Positions 22,635-35,899 of a stretch of DNA of 64,000 nt are shown here, one piece after another. Origin of the DNA: Squalus acanthias (lineage: Eukaryota); assembly GCA_030390025.1 (NCBI GenBank), contig CM059433.1, positions 28,646,001 to 28,710,000 of the forward strand. Direction: 5' to 3'. Made by a program: the position numbers and the translations under genes. The first letter of the stretch is position 1, and every line of letters starts with the position of its first letter. The notes under the pieces were generated by a model. The model worked only from the letters and a program-made list of their open reading frames with translations, ran no database searches and was not told where the DNA came from.

Positions 22635-23080
22635 GGTGCTAACCGTGGCTCAGTGGATAGCACTCTCGTCTCTGAGTCAGACGGTCCATGGCCAAGTCCC
22701 ACGCCAGAGACGTGAGCCCATAATCTAGGCTGACATTCCAGTGCAGTACTGAGGGAGTGCTGCACTGCCAGAGGTGCCCTCTTTTGGATGAGGCGTTAAA
22801 CTGAGGCGCCGTCTGCCCTCTCAGGTGGACGGAAAAGATTCCATGGGCCTGTCTCAAAGAGGAATAGTTCTCCCTGGTAGCTTGGCCAATATTTATCTCT
22901 CAACTAACACCACCATAAAACAGATTATCAGGTCATTATCTTATTGCTGTTTGTGGGAGCTTCCTCTGTGCAAATTGGCTGCCCCATTGACCGACTCTTC
23001 AAAAGTACTTCATTGGCGATAAAGCACTTTGGGACGTCCTGAGGTGGTGAAAGGCGCTATAGAAATATTCTATTTCTTCC
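22635..23080 (+). mobile_element. Full-length SacSINE1-like SINE
   Basis: tRNA-like head, central body and tail all present. Confidence 0.85.
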
Positions 23081-23866
23081 ATAAAAAGTGCGGAATCTGC
23101 TCCATTCAAACTCGTTAGTGAAAAGGGGGAATCAGGCTACAAGTGCCACGAGGGCTGCCGTTACACTTCCATACGCAGGACTCAGCAGAGGGGACAGGTC
23201 TTACATCCCCTTTTCTTACTGAATTACAGTTGCCTCCAATTTGACTTCCGTCCTACATGCCTGGAGAAAAGCAGAAGGCTACAATAATTGAAAGCTAAGT
23301 ATCCTATCAGAAAGAAAATATTGTCTATGTTAATGCCAAAAAAAAACCGACAACACAGCTATTAAAAATTATGTAGTGGCTCTGCCTGTATCCAAATCAA
23401 ACTCTATCAATCCATATTCTGTGTCACATTTAAGCAGTGCAATACTTCTATTTAAAAAATGTAAGTACAGCTGACAATATGTAGTCTAGATGACTGACAG
23501 TTCCCATTCAGCTGCACCTGCTTTGCCAGTGTTAAGTATTAATCAATGTAATGCTACCTTTCACACTGCAATGGTAATCAGTGAAGCATCTCTGTACAAA
23601 ATGAATGTGTCACATTTTGCAACATACACAATCCTACCCTTGAATATCCTTGATTAAGGTTCTTGGTAATACGTTTTTCAAGACACCTTTTTGTGTTAAA
23701 TCCATGTGTTTCACTCGCCCTTTAATTAATTTTCCGCCTGTTATTTTGCCGGGTCGACAATCGAAAGATATTTTCAAACACAAGTGAACCTGGCTACACC
23801 AATCCAATATACCACAGTCTTCAAACGCACCACATGTATATCACAAATAAATCAATTGTTTCAATT

Positions 23867-24167
23867 CTTCGACAGCACCTCCCAAACCCATGACCGCTAC
23901 CACCTAGAAGGACAAGGGCAGCACCAGCTCCAAGTTCCCCTCCAAGTCACACACCATCCTGACTTGGAAGTATATCGCTGTTCCCTCATCATTGCCGGGT
24001 CAAAATCCTGGAACTCCCTCCCTAACAGCACTGTGGGAGTACCTTCACCACACGGACTGCAGCGGTTCAAGAAGGCGGCTCACCACCACCTTCTCAAGGG
24101 CAATTAGAGATGGGCAATAAATGCTGGCCTTGCCAGCGACGCCCACATCCCGTGAATGATTAAAAAA
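23867..24167 (+). mobile_element. LINE family B 3' end
   Basis: ORF end GSKSWNSLPNSTVG...RFKKAAHHHLLKGN*, then aataaa and an A-rich tail; tail shared with the SINE at 2190-2575. Confidence 0.75.
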
Positions 24168-24680
24168 ATGCAGCGACCACAACCACTTAGACCAAAGGAC
24201 TACCAAGGTGGCATCATGTATTAGGCACATTTAGAAACTACTTAATGTGCCACACTAGACTGCAGGCCTTAACAGTACTTGCAGTTACAGCCATGTTGCT
24301 GCATTGATAAAGCACAAATTGGCACTAAAAAGCACTAATTTTTGATCGAATAGGAACTGCCTCATGTTTTAAATCTTCGAATCTGCCATGAATTTCGAGA
24401 TCAAACCCCATAAAACAATTCCAATTTTACCATCATTGCTAAAGATTTCGATGAGGTCACGAACATAAGAACAACAATGAGAAAAATGCCTTTGGGTTCA
24501 TCCAGCCCACTCATTCTTCCGTTTATTATTGCTGGGTTTTTTTTTAGGGAAAGGGCGATGTTGTCTGGATTTGTGTCAGTGGAAGTATAATTGCGAATGA
24601 GATGTCTCCATGCTAGTCAACTACACTATAAGTTAAAGCAGTCACACTGTTCCACATAGTTTGCACATTAAACTCAGCAA

Positions 24681-25145
24681 ACAACAACAATTTGCATTTA
24701 TATAGCACCTTTAACGTATGTCCCAAGGCGCTTCACAGGAGCGTAATCAAACAAAATTTGAAACCAAGTCTCATAAGGAGATTTTAGGACAGGTGACCAA
24801 AAACTTGTTCAAAAAGGTAGGTTTTAAGGTAGGTCTTAAAGGAGGAAAGAGAGGTAGAGAGGCGGAGAGGTTTAGGCAGGGAATTCCAGAGCTTAGGACC
24901 TTGGCAGCTGAAGGCACGGCCACCAATGGTGGGATGATGAATATCGGGGATGCTGAAGAGGCCAGAATTAGAGCAGCGCAGATATCTCGGAGGGTTGGAG
25001 GGCTGAAGGGAGGTTGCAGAGATAGGGAGGGATGAGACCATGGAGGGATTTCAACACAAGGATGAGAATTTTAAAATCGAGGCGTTGCTGGACCGGGAGC
25101 CAATGTAGGTCAATGAGCACAGGGGTGATGGGTGAGCAGGACTTG
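24681..25145 (-). mobile_element. L2 LINE 3' end
   Basis: TIGGRAFSCQGPKLWNSLP motif plus tail. Confidence 0.85.
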
Positions 25146-25649
25146 AAATCTTACAGAAATAGCAGCCAATTAAAAAAATTCCACTGCTTTGGCCCAACTA
25201 AAGTTCATATGGAAAGATACAAGCGGCGATTGCGTGATCGGGTGCTCCAGGTGAGGAGCGCTGATCACAGGGACTACTGGTCAGGAAACCGTGGGCCCCC
25301 AGTGCCTAATTTTTCATCGACGTAACACAACGGATGGACAATCGGGGGCTGTGGGCCGGCAGTCTCCTGAACAGTTCTCATCATAAAGGCCTCTCCTCAC
25401 CCGCCTCGCCATGTCGTAAGATCAGCCCGATAACAGAGACACATATTATAACATGAGCCAGGAGGGAGCCTGTGTCCTTTGCACTGGCATCACTCCAGGT
25501 CAGACTAAGCGATGCTGAAAGCGCTGTAAGTTCATTGTATAGTCTGCGTAGTGGTAGAAACTCCATTACGCAAGCAACTGATTGCTTAACGATCAAATAT
25601 TAAGATCAAATGAGTTAGTGCTGTAATTTAGCAGAATAACGTTTCAGAA

Positions 25650-26980
25650 TTAAAAAGAAATACGCAAATGCCGGAAATGCTGAAGTAAAGGCAGAGGGGG
25701 CAATTTTGACTTATTGCAGATATTACATAAAATTATATAAAAACTACAGCACACAAACAGGCCATTCTGCCCAACTGGTCCATGCTCCACATGAGCCTCC
25801 TCCCATCCCTCTTCATCTAACCCTATTAGCATATCCTTCGATTATTTTCTCCCTCATAAAGAAAGACTTATACAGCGACTTTCATGACCCCAGGGTGTCC
25901 CAAAATGCTTTACAGCCAATGAAGTACTTTTGAAGTGCAGTCACTGTTGTCATGTAGGAAACGCGGCAGCCAATTTGCGCACAGCAAGCTCCCACAAACA
26001 GCAATGTGATAACGACCAGATAATCTGTTTTGAGGGACAAATATTGGCTCGGACACTGGGGAGAACTCCCCCGCTCTTCTTAGAAATAGTGTCATGGGAT
26101 CTTTTACGTCCACCTGAGAGGGCAAGCGGGGCCTCAGCTTAACATCTCATCTAAAAGACGGCACCTCCGACAGTACCGCACTCCCTCAGTACTGCACTGG
26201 AGAGTCAACCTAGATTTTTGTGCTCACGTCTCTGGAGTGGGACTTTCTGACTCAGAGGCCAGAGTGCTAGCCACTGAGCCATGGCTGACTCATGTACTTA
26301 TCGAGCTTCCCCTTAAATGCATCTATGCTATTCGCCTCGACTACTCCTTTTGGTAGTGAGTTCCACATTCTCACCACTCTCTGGGTAAAGATGTTTCTCC
26401 TGAATTCCCTACAGGATTTATTAGTGACTATCTTATACTTATGGTCCCTAGTTTCGGACTCACCCACAAGTGGAAGCATCTTCTCGACGTTTACCTTATC
26501 GAACCCTCTCATAATCTTAAAGACTTCGATCAGGCCACCCCTCAGCCTTTCCTTTTCAAGAGAAAAGAGCCCCAGCCTGTTCAATCTTTCCTGTTAGGTA
26601 TAACCTCTGAGTTCTGGTATCGTCCTTGTGTCTAATATCAAGTCAGCTGCCTGTTATAAACCTCTCCCGATTTTCATTAATGCTCACTTAAATGGAAATG
26701 AAAATCGAGAGAGATCCACTAACCTGTGGCTGAATCGATATTGCCCGTTTTACACTCTTGCCCAAAGTCACAACTACCTCCAAGAATGCTGGAAATGCGA
26801 AGCAGGACTTTTAACATCTGAAAGAGAAAATAGGTTAAACTTTCAGGTGGGACTCTTCATCAGAAGTGTTCACTGTTACGGCAGTATCGGTTAAATATAT
26901 ATCTATCATAGCTGTCCTGGATCTTGGCCAGTTCTGATCCAGTTACTGTACATTTTCAGTATTTTATGATTTATTTCAGA
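25650..26980. mobile_element. Nested stack: old Penelope pLTR, MITE (about 25696-26782), CR1 (about 25720-26625, -), SINE (25858-26288, -)
   Basis: SINE has TSD ctcat and the CR1 resumes across it. MITE ends gggggcaattttgactt / aagtcacaactacctcc. pLTR-like sequence on both outer flanks. Confidence 0.65.
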
Positions 26981-27140
26981 AAGACAGGAGTTTTTCTTTC
27001 GTCCTTCAACAAAGTTGTACTCAATATCTCAGCTCATGGGCTGTGATTTGTTACTTCACTCTACAGGTCCACTTCATCACAATGATAAAACAAAAAGAAC
27101 GCGTCACGCTGTTCCAAGGGTCAATGAGGGAAAACTTCTG

Positions 27141-27533
27141 AAGAGAAAGAAAAAAAACCTTGCATTTATATAGCACCTTTCAGGACCTCAAAACATCCCA
27201 AAGCACTTTACTGTTGAACTGTAGTCACTGTCGTAATGTTCCCACAAACAGCAATGTGATAATGACCAGATAATCTGTTTTTTAGTGATGTTGGTTGAGG
27301 GATCAATATTGGCCAGGGGAGAGCTCCCCTGCTCTTTTTCGAACTAGAGGCCATGGGATCTTTTACATCCGCCTGAGATGGCAGTTGGTGCCTCGGTTTA
27401 ATAGCTCATCTGAAAGACGGCACCTCCGACAGTGCTGCACTCCCTCAGTACTGCCCTGGAGTCTCGGCCTAGATTTTATGCTCAAGTCTCTGGACTGGGA
27501 CTTGATCCCACAACCTGTGAGAGCACTACCCAC
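27141..27533 (-). mobile_element. SacSINE1-like SINE with small deletions
   Basis: Matches 612-1086. Confidence 0.82.
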
Positions 27534-27757
27534 TTAGGACGAAGAGTTATGACTTTGTAAGGTTCTAGCGACTCCCCAGTTATTCTGCAAGTTTCTCGCG
27601 TGGAAAATTTGCAACAGCGACCAATTCTTAGTTGGGAGAATTTATGAGAAGAAATGGAGCTTTTTCTGCTGTAAATCAACTGCATCTCTTTCCGATTTTC
27701 AGACTCCTTCCTCTCAACACATACACTTCCACATATCACAAACCTGCATAGACATCA

Positions 27758-28350
27758 GCAACAACAACTTGTATTTTTATAGCGACTTTAACGTAGTAAA
27801 ACATCCCAAGGCACTTCACAGGAGCGTTATCAAACAAAATTGACACCAGGCCACATAAGGAGGTATTAGAACAAGTGACCAAAAGCTTAGCCGAAGAGGT
27901 AGGTTTTAATGAGCATCTTAAGGGAGGAGAGAGAGGTACAGAGGTGGAGAGGTTTAGGGAGGGAATTCCAGAGCTTAGGGCCTCGGCAGCTAAGGCACGG
28001 CCGACAATGGAGGAGCGATAAAAATCGGGGATGCGCAAGAGGCCAGAATTGGAGGAGTGCTGAGAACTCAGAGGCCTGTAGGGCTGGGGGAGGTTACAGA
28101 GATAGGGAGGGGCGAGGCCATGGAAGGATTTGAAAACAATGATGAGAATTTTAAAATGGAGACTTTGCCGGACCGGGAGCCAGTGCAAGTCAGCGAGCAC
28201 AGGGGTGATGGGTGAACGGGATTTGGTGCGAGTTAGGATATGGGCAGCAGAGATTTGGATGAGCTCAAATTTAAGGATGGTGGAAGATGGTAGGCCAGCC
28301 AAGAGAGCATCGAAATAGTCAAGTCTGGAGGTAACAAAGGCATGGATGAG
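27758..28350 (-). mobile_element. L2 LINE 3' fragment
   Basis: LIHAFVTSRLDY...ITPVLADLHWLPV...FKIL motifs. Confidence 0.88.
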
Positions 28351-28364
28351 TACAAGGTTCAGCT

Positions 28365-29262
28365 CTCGGCACCGCACCTCAGGCAGGATATATTGGCCTT
28401 GGAGGGGGTGATGCGCAGATTCACCAGAATGATACCGGGGCTTAGAAGGTTAAATTATGAGGACAGGTTGCATAGACTAGGCTTGAATTTAGAAGATTAA
28501 GGGGTGATCTAATTTGAGGTGTTTAAGATGATTAACGGATTTGACAGGGTAGATAGAGAGAAACTATTTCCTCTGGTGGGGGAGTCCAGAATAAGGGGGC
28601 CTAACCTTAAAATTAGAGCTAGTCCGTTCAGGGGTGATGTCAGAAAGCACTTCTTCACACAAAGGGTAGTGGAAATCTGGAACTCTCTTCCCCAAAAAGC
28701 TGTTGAGGCTGGGGGATGTCAATTGAAAATTTCAAAACTGAGATTGTTAGATTTTTGTTAGGCAAGGGTATTAAGGGTTACGGAACCAAGGCGGGTAAAT
28801 GGAGTTAAGATACAGATCAGTCATGATCTAACTGAATGGTGGAACAGGCTCGAGGGGCTGAATGGCCTACTCCTGTTCCGATGTTCCTATTTATGGTGCT
28901 GTTTAAAGGGATCTTGAGCAGCGGTCGGGGAAGCTCTAAGGAGGCGTCTGGTACTCATTTTATTCTTCAGTCCCTTGAGTGCTGTGAGCCATAAAGGCTC
29001 CCATTATCTCATCTTCTTGCTGCTGCATGTGCTCAGTAAATTAGAATGTGGAACTCACTACCACAGGGAGTAGTTGAGGTGACTAGTATAGATGCATTTA
29101 AGGGGAAGCTAGATAAATAGATGAGGGAGAAAGGAATAGAAGGATATTCAGGTAGAGTGAGATGTAGAGGGGTGGGAGGATGCTCATGTGGAGCATAAAC
29201 AGCGGCATAGACCAGTTGGGCGGAGTGTTCTGTTTGTGTGCTGTGGACTGTAATTCTATGTA
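28365..29262 (+). mobile_element. Two CR1 3' fragments (28365-28890 and about 29040-29262)
   Basis: FDRVDREKLFPL...HFFTQRVVEIWNSLP; the second piece matches 13845-14078. Confidence 0.8.
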
Positions 29263-29546
29263 TGGGCCAGGCTAGAAGGACCAGCTGGTCATTCCCTGTC
29301 TGACCTTTCTGCTAGTGGCCAGTCAGAGATTACTCGGCCGATGTGATTGACAGCTGTGCTGTCTTATTCCTAGCTAAAAGTGATTGGGTTTCTGTTGGGT
29401 TACTCATTTGCTGTGAATTATTGTTTTTTGTAAGGAAAGAAAAGCAAGTTCAAACCGATCGCAATCCTTCTTAACTGTCTGATTTCTGAAAGGGATTCGA
29501 GTGCGACACTCAGTCTTTAACAAAGAGAAAACGGAACAGAGTTTAC

Positions 29547-29605
29547 CATAACTATCGTAGGTTTCTTCACTCGTTCCATGTCCATAGTCATAATATTCAG
29601 GGCCA
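29547..29605 (-). CDS. KHDRBS2: Penultimate coding exon (59 nt) of the KHDRBS gene, tyrosine-rich tail
   Basis: Acceptor ttttctttattgcag and donor G|gtaaac; translates (S)GPEYYDYGHGTSEETYDSY(G) and joins in phase with 19628 across a 9918-bp intron. The EYYDYGHG motif is diagnostic of KHDRBS proteins. Confidence 0.9.
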
Positions 29606-30139
29606 CTGCAATAAAGAAAACAGAATGATAGCTCATGCTGCAAGAAACACGGTGTGAACGTTCATAGCTTCTCAGAAAGCAAAAACGTCCCTCAGTTTAT
29701 TCAACTTTTAACATGTAAAAAATAAAACCTGTATATTTCTATAATATACGAATAAGGTACATTATTCTCCTTCAAAATAAATACCATTTTATAGTTAAGC
29801 AGTTCTATAAGATCAATTGCACTTTTCATCATGATTTTAGACATGCCCATTTATGAAAATTACAAGTCTCTGCTCCCAGCATGGAGTCTCGCTCAGTGGA
29901 TGCACAGATTGGGTGCGGCGGTCATGCACGTTTGCAGCACTTGCGACTTTTCGGCCATGAAAATCGATCACCGGAAAACCTGTGTAAGGAAACAGTTACT
30001 TCCTAACTTTTAGCTTTCGCCTGTTAAGTAAGTTTCTGTTAGAAGGACAGTTTAAATTAAAAGGAATTCCAGTTAGAGAGCTTCAGTTGTTAACAACTTA
30101 TTGCACAATCACAGAACAAGCAGGGATAGTCTTTGCTGA

Positions 30140-31697
30140 TAACAACAACAACAACAACACAGGAGCGTTATCAAACAAAATTTGACACCGAGCCACATAA
30201 GGAGATAGGGCAGATGAGAGGTAGGGTTTAAGGAGCGCCTTAAAGGAGGAGAGAGAGGTAGAGAGGCGGAGAGGCTTAGGGAGGGAATTCCAGAGCTTAG
30301 GGCCAAGGCAGCTGAAGGCACGGCCGCCAATGGTTGAGTGATTAAAATCGGGGATGCTCAAGAGGCCAGAATTGGAGGAGTGCAGAGAAAGCGGAGGGTT
30401 GTACGGCTGGAGGAGATTACAGAGATAGGGAGGGGTGAGGCCATGGCGGGATTTGAAAAAAAGGATGAGAATTTTAAAATTGAGGCTTTGCCGGACCGGG
30501 AGCCAATGTAGGTCAGCGAGCACAGGGGTGATGGGTGAATGGGGCTTGGTGCAAGTTTGGACACAGGCAGCAGAGTTTTGATGACCTCAATTTTACGGAG
30601 GGCAGAATGTGGGAGGACAGCCAGGAGAGTGTTGGAATAATCAAGTCTCGAGGTAACAAAGGCATGGATGAGGGTTTCAGCGGCAAATGAGCTGAGGCAC
30701 AGGCGGAGTTGGGCGATGTTAGGGACGTGGAAATAGGCATAGTGATGGCCCGGACACGGCCGCAATTTTGCTGGCGCTCAGAGAGGCGGGTCAGAGGTTA
30801 AAGTCCTATTGATTGACGGCGGGTCCCGAACCCGCCGTCAACCCGTCTCCAAACAGCTTTCCCAAGTGTCGGGTCCCCAATTTGCAAATGGACCCGACAC
30901 CTAGCGGCGGGAAATGGATTAAAGGCAATTACCTGCCTATTAACAGGTACTTGTCAGTAGTTTTCAGCCTGTTTTTCGATTTTCCCACTTCTGGGGCGGG
31001 TTTCATGACGTCCGGACACCACGCCAGGTAAGTGTGGCGTGTTGTGAGTCTGCTGTAATGTTTGTGAAAAGATGACAGCTGCAGAAGTGGTGTGAAGGAT
31101 GCAATGTTGCACATGGTGAGTTTCAGATCAAAGAAAGTGTTGGTTACTGCATATTTAAAACATATACAGATTTTTTAGCTTACAAGTTTTTAAATCCAAC
31201 TATATGTCCAGTGCCACCTCATTGGGAGAACCTCTCTCACCAGTGACAGATCGCTTCTGTCATCTCACCTGCAGCTGCCATCTATTCCAGCATATGGAGG
31301 GAGTCATTGGAGAGCCTGGGTGCAAGAGTTCACCTTTGTGCAGTGATTGTCAGTGTTTTCAGCACCTCAATGCTGTCAAACACTGAGAAATCGACTGTCA
31401 ACATAAAATAGTACACGGTCCCTTTAAGGAAACCGGCTGATGACGCGCCATCAAATGACGTCATCTGACCCGCTTCCTGTTAATTGGCTGGCTTAACAAG
31501 GTCAATTTAGGGAAAATCACATCTGTGGAAGGAGGCAGCTGGGGGCGGCACCGGGACCCGGAAACCAGCTGGCCTGCACCCATCCCGACACCGGGCCGTG
31601 GTCGGAAGCTCATCTCGGGGTCAAATATGAGACCAAGGTTACGAACAGTCTGGTTCAGCCTCAGACGGTTGCCAGGGTGAGGGATGGAGTTGGTGGT
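30140..31697 (-). mobile_element. L2 LINE fragment split by an insertion at about 30758-31597
   Basis: L2 ORF2 motifs at 30200-30750; colinear L2 sequence resumes at gtggtcggaagctcat (about 31598). Confidence 0.8.
30758..31597. mobile_element. GC-rich non-autonomous element inserted in L2
   Basis: Starts ggccgcaattttg like the other Harbinger-type MITE ends; 12-bp hairpin at 30813-30841; right TIR not clear. Confidence 0.5.
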
Positions 31698-32655
31698 TAC
31701 AACAACAACTTGTATTTATATAGCGCCTTTAACGTAGTAAAACATCCCAAGGCACTTCACAGGAGTGTTATAAGACAAAAAATGGACACCGAGCAACATA
31801 AGAAATTAGGGCAGGTGACCAAAAGCTTGGTCAAAGAGGTAGGTTTTAAGGAACGTCTTAAAGGAGGAAAGAGAGGTAGAGAGGCGGAGAGGTTTAGGGA
31901 GGGAGTTCCCGGGGCTTAGGGCCTAAGCAGCTTAAGGCACGGCCACTGATGGTTGAGCGATTATAATCAGGGATGCTCAAGAGGCCTGAATTTGAGGAGC
32001 GCAGATATCTCAGGGGGTTGTGAGGCTGAAGGAGATTACAGAGATAGAGAGGGGCGAGGCCATGGAGGGATTTGAAAACAAGGATGAGAATTTTGAAATC
32101 GAGGTGTTGCTTAACCGGGAGCCAATGTATGTCAGCGAGCACAGGGGTGATGGGTGAACGGGACTTGGTGCGAGTTAGGACACGGGCAGCCGAGTTTACG
32201 TAGGGTAGAATGTGGGAGGCCAGCCAGGAGTGCGTTGGAATAGTCAAGTCAAGAGGTAACAAAGGCATGGATGAGGGTTTCAGCAGTAGATGAGCTGAGG
32301 CAGGGGCGGAGACAGGCGATGTTACGGAGGTTTTAATAGGCGGTCTTAGTTATGTCGCGGATATGTGGTCAGAAGCTCATTTCAGGGGCAAATATGACAC
32401 CAAGGTTTCGAACAGTGTGGTTCAGCCTCAGACAGATGCTAGAGAGAGGGATGTAGTCAGTGGCTAGGGAGCGGAGTTTGTGGTGGGACCCGAAGACAAT
32501 GGCTTCGGTCTTCCTAATATTTAATTGGAGATAATTTCTGCTCATCCAGTACTGGATGTCGGACAAGCAGTGTGACAATTTAGAGACAGTGGAGGGGTTG
32601 AGAGAAGTGGCGGTGAGGTAGAGCTGGGTGTCGTCAGCATACTTGTGGAAACAGA
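31698..32655 (-). mobile_element. L2 LINE fragment from RT to tail
   Basis: YADDTQLY motif at about 32620-32645, then LHWLPV-type motifs and tail. Confidence 0.88.
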
Positions 32656-32762
32656 TGCCATGTTTTCAGCTGGGGAACGGAGTTTGTGGCGGGGACCGAA
32701 GACAATGGATATAGCTGGCCAAAGAACCATGTCAGCTTGAGTCTGGTAAAGGCACCTGCCAC

Positions 32763-32911
32763 CAATGTTCCCGTTAAGCTGAAGCGGTCTGGAGGTCCCG
32801 CGCAGGCCACTCACAATTACAATGGTAATAACCGCGCATGCGTGAAAAATTGAATGGGCCGCGCAGGCAGTTAAAGGGCCCACGCACCAAAAAAAATTAC
32901 AGGGACCATTG
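32763..32911. mobile_element. hAT-type MITE, family 1
   Basis: TIRs CAATGTTCCC / GGGACCATTG; perfect 8-bp TSD cctgccac at 32755-32762 and 32912-32919. Confidence 0.87.
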
Positions 32912-33177
32912 CCTGCCACGGATTTGGAAAATTAGGGAGTGTGAGTCAAGTTATGGGGAGTGATTCTTGTTAAAGCTGAAGTCCAGCTAATTGGATGAGG
33001 TAAGGTGAAAACAGACATATTGTCACGTAGCCAGGGTGAGAGAACGGTATAAAAAGATGGGGGGGTTAGAACAGATATGACAGAATTCAACAAGGCTTGG
33101 ACAACCGTTTCCCTCCAGCTCGAACCCTGTGACACGGTGAATTCTCTGCAAATTTGTTCTTACTGTAAGTGTCTGAA

Positions 33178-34078
33178 GCATATGTGTAATTATTAGCAGT
33201 AATAGTTATCATTGTATATGTGTAATTATTAGTAGTAATAGTTAACATTGTATAGGCGCGAAATTCGGTTAAGCTCTGTTTGGGGGCGGTAACCGAGTTA
33301 AGGCCGGACATTTAGCACCCGGCGTGGAAGTACCGCCCCTGCCGCTAAATTCGGCTTACTGCCCCACACAGGAAGCGGAGCGCAATCTCAGGCAGTAACC
33401 GAGGCGATGTCGGGGTGCGATCGGCACCAGTTAAAGGGGAGGGCCGTTGCGCACTCTGCAGGGCCTCCGATGGCCCACACTAGGCCACCAGGGCGGCGTG
33501 GTGCCGCGGCCGCAGCCCGGCACTGAGATGTGGTGCCGGGCTGCGCCATGGCGGCCAGGACCACGCCATGGCCCACCACGGAGGGCTGACCTGGAGGTCG
33601 GCCAAAAAAAGAAAATAGCAGCGCGGGTCGCGGCTGCACCTCCCCTTTAAATACCGCCCCGCAAGTGGAGGTCGGCCCGGTTCGCGACCCGCGAGGCTGG
33701 CGCTGACACGTGGGGCGCAGCCGAATTTCTGCCGGGATGCGGCGGGGCGCTAAGGGGTCGTGGCGCACAGCGATGACGTCATTGCCAGGTGGCGCAGTGG
33801 CTCGGGGCGCTACTGGCGATGGAGGGCCGCTATTGGGTAGCGCCTCAGCAATGCCCCTGCCGAATTTCTCGGGAGGCGCTTTTTTTCGCGCCCCCCCCCT
33901 CCCTGGGCGATAAGCCCTTTGCGCCCCGTTAGTGCCCCCCGGAGGCGCTAACGGCAGGCGCAAAGGAACCGAATTTCTAACCCTATATGTTTCATTATTA
34001 GTAGCAATAGTTACATTATATATGTGTAATTATTATTAGCAATAGTTATCATTGTATATGTGTAATTGTTGGTAATAA
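33178..34078. repeat. AT-rich minisatellite of about 33 bp, split by a MITE
   Basis: Units of tatgtgtaattattagcagtaatagttatcattg on both sides of 33254-33983. Confidence 0.8.
33254..33983. mobile_element. CpG-rich Harbinger-type MITE
   Basis: TIRs AGGCGCGAAATTCGGTT / GGGTTAGAAATTCGGTT; TSD tat; removing it restores the minisatellite unit attgtatatgt. Confidence 0.82.
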
Positions 34079-34079
34079 T

Positions 34080-34365
34080 CTGTCTTTTGGATGAGACTTT
34101 AAACCAAGGCTCCGTCTGCTCTCTCAGGCAGACATAACAGATCCCATGGCACTATTTTGAAGAAGAGCAGAGGAGTCTCCCCGGTGTCCTGCCTCAACCA
34201 ACTCCTAAAAACAGATTATCTGATTGCTGTTTGTGGGAGCTTGCTGTGCACAAATTGGCTGCCGCGTTTCCTACATTACAACAGTGATTACACTTCAGAA
34301 GAACTTAATTGGCTGTGTAGCGTTTTGGGACATCTTGAGGTCGTAAATGCAAGTCCTTTCTTTAC
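34080..34365 (+). mobile_element. 5'-truncated SacSINE1-like SINE
   Basis: Central body and tail. Confidence 0.8.
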
Positions 34366-34884
34366 TTCCTCCCTCCTTGATCGCCTGTCAACACCTTCCC
34401 TGGTCAGGCAGACCGAGATAGGGAACTGCCTGGGAAACCACGTCTTTTAATATGGCTGGTTTGATTTAAGAGTTGGCACATTCCCGTGCACTGTCAGCCA
34501 CTACATCATCTTTGAAAATACTCACCACTATAGTATTTACTGTGTGAGCTTGTGACATTTAATAGCTTAAAGGTTCTGTATCCATTTCTTCCCCTTTATT
34601 TTCATCACAAGTTGATCTGTTGAGCTCAAAGGTACTTCGGATCAACTTCTGCTGTTAATATGCCTGTCCCTCTCTTATCTTTCAGTTCTGAAGTAGGTTA
34701 TGCACCCAGCATGTGGAATATCTCTTCTCTTCATAGATGCTGTGTCTTTCCTGCTTTCAAATTTCTAGAAGCTGCAGTATTTTGCTTTTAACCATTTCTC
34801 CTTGTCTAATTAGAACTAGTCACACAGCTCTACTGTGTTACAATGTTTCAATTGTTAGATTGTATTGTAAATAAAGTAAATTTA

Positions 34885-35325
34885 TACATAGGAACATAGG
34901 AACAGGAGTAGGTTATTCAGCCCCTCGAGCCTGTTCCGCCAATCAATTTGATCATGGCTGATCTGTACCTTAACTCCATCTACTCGTCTTGATCCTGTAA
35001 CCCTTAATACCCTTGCCAAAGCTATCAATCTCAGTTTTGAAATTTTCAATTGACCCCCAGCCTCAATAGCTTCTGGGGAAGCGAGTTCCAGAGTTCTACT
35101 ACCCTGTGTGTGAAGAAGTGCTTCCTGACATCACCCCTGAACGGCCTAGCTCTAATTTTAAGGTTATGCCCCCTTGCTCTGGACTCTCCCCCACCAGAGG
35201 AAATAGTTTCTCTCTCTCTACCCTATCAACTCCTTTAATCATCTTAAACACCTCAATAAGAACACTCCTTAATCTGCTATACTCGAGGAATTACAGGCAT
35301 AGTCTATGCAACCTAGCCTCATAAT
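34885..35325 (-). mobile_element. CR1 LINE 3' end
   Basis: acataggaacatagg tail; reverse complement of 28450-28890. Confidence 0.85.
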
Positions 35326-35899
35326 TACACCTATATCATTCTGATATAGATATTTATCTACACTGTGATTATATATTACCTGGTTTATTCACTGCAAATA
35401 GCTGACAGTAATCAATATTTCACTGATGAAAGTGCTAAGGGACCCAATGTGCATCTACCACTGGTTGTAAATTGGAGTTGTGAGCATTATCCACTGTTAA
35501 AAGCACACGTATAGCTGCGACAACTCCATAAAGAGCAGATAGTGCCAGGGTACCACTTCATACATGCCGTGACAATGCAATGAAATGTTATGTGTCGCTA
35601 CATTATCAAAATCCATCAAAAAAGGACACTTAGAAGATAAGGTCCCAGGTGACCTCAGTGCAGTTATTTAAAGCGCTAAGTTGTTCCAAGAACAATCTCA
35701 AGAGACACCTTGATCTAATTTTTTTTTAAGGAGTGAAAATATGTCCCAGACATCATTGCTTGACCCTTAAGCTTAAGCTTCTGTTCTACCAGATGCGCTC
35801 CAGGGTCTATGGATAATTCATACTATCATGAATCCCTCTGACACTCCAACTCAGATGGAGAACATCTGGGATAATCCTCCTCACAATCAGCATGAAGTT

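Noticed and set aside
26830..26870. Additional hammerhead copies (also about 34683-34715)
   Set aside because: Stems or core too degenerate to call
29404..29643. 79-aa ORF as a standalone gene
   Set aside because: Only 29547-29605 is exon; the rest is intronic read-through
33388..33963. 191-aa GC-rich ORF or host CpG-island promoter
   Set aside because: Lies entirely within a TIR/TSD-bounded MITE; long ORFs are expected at this GC content
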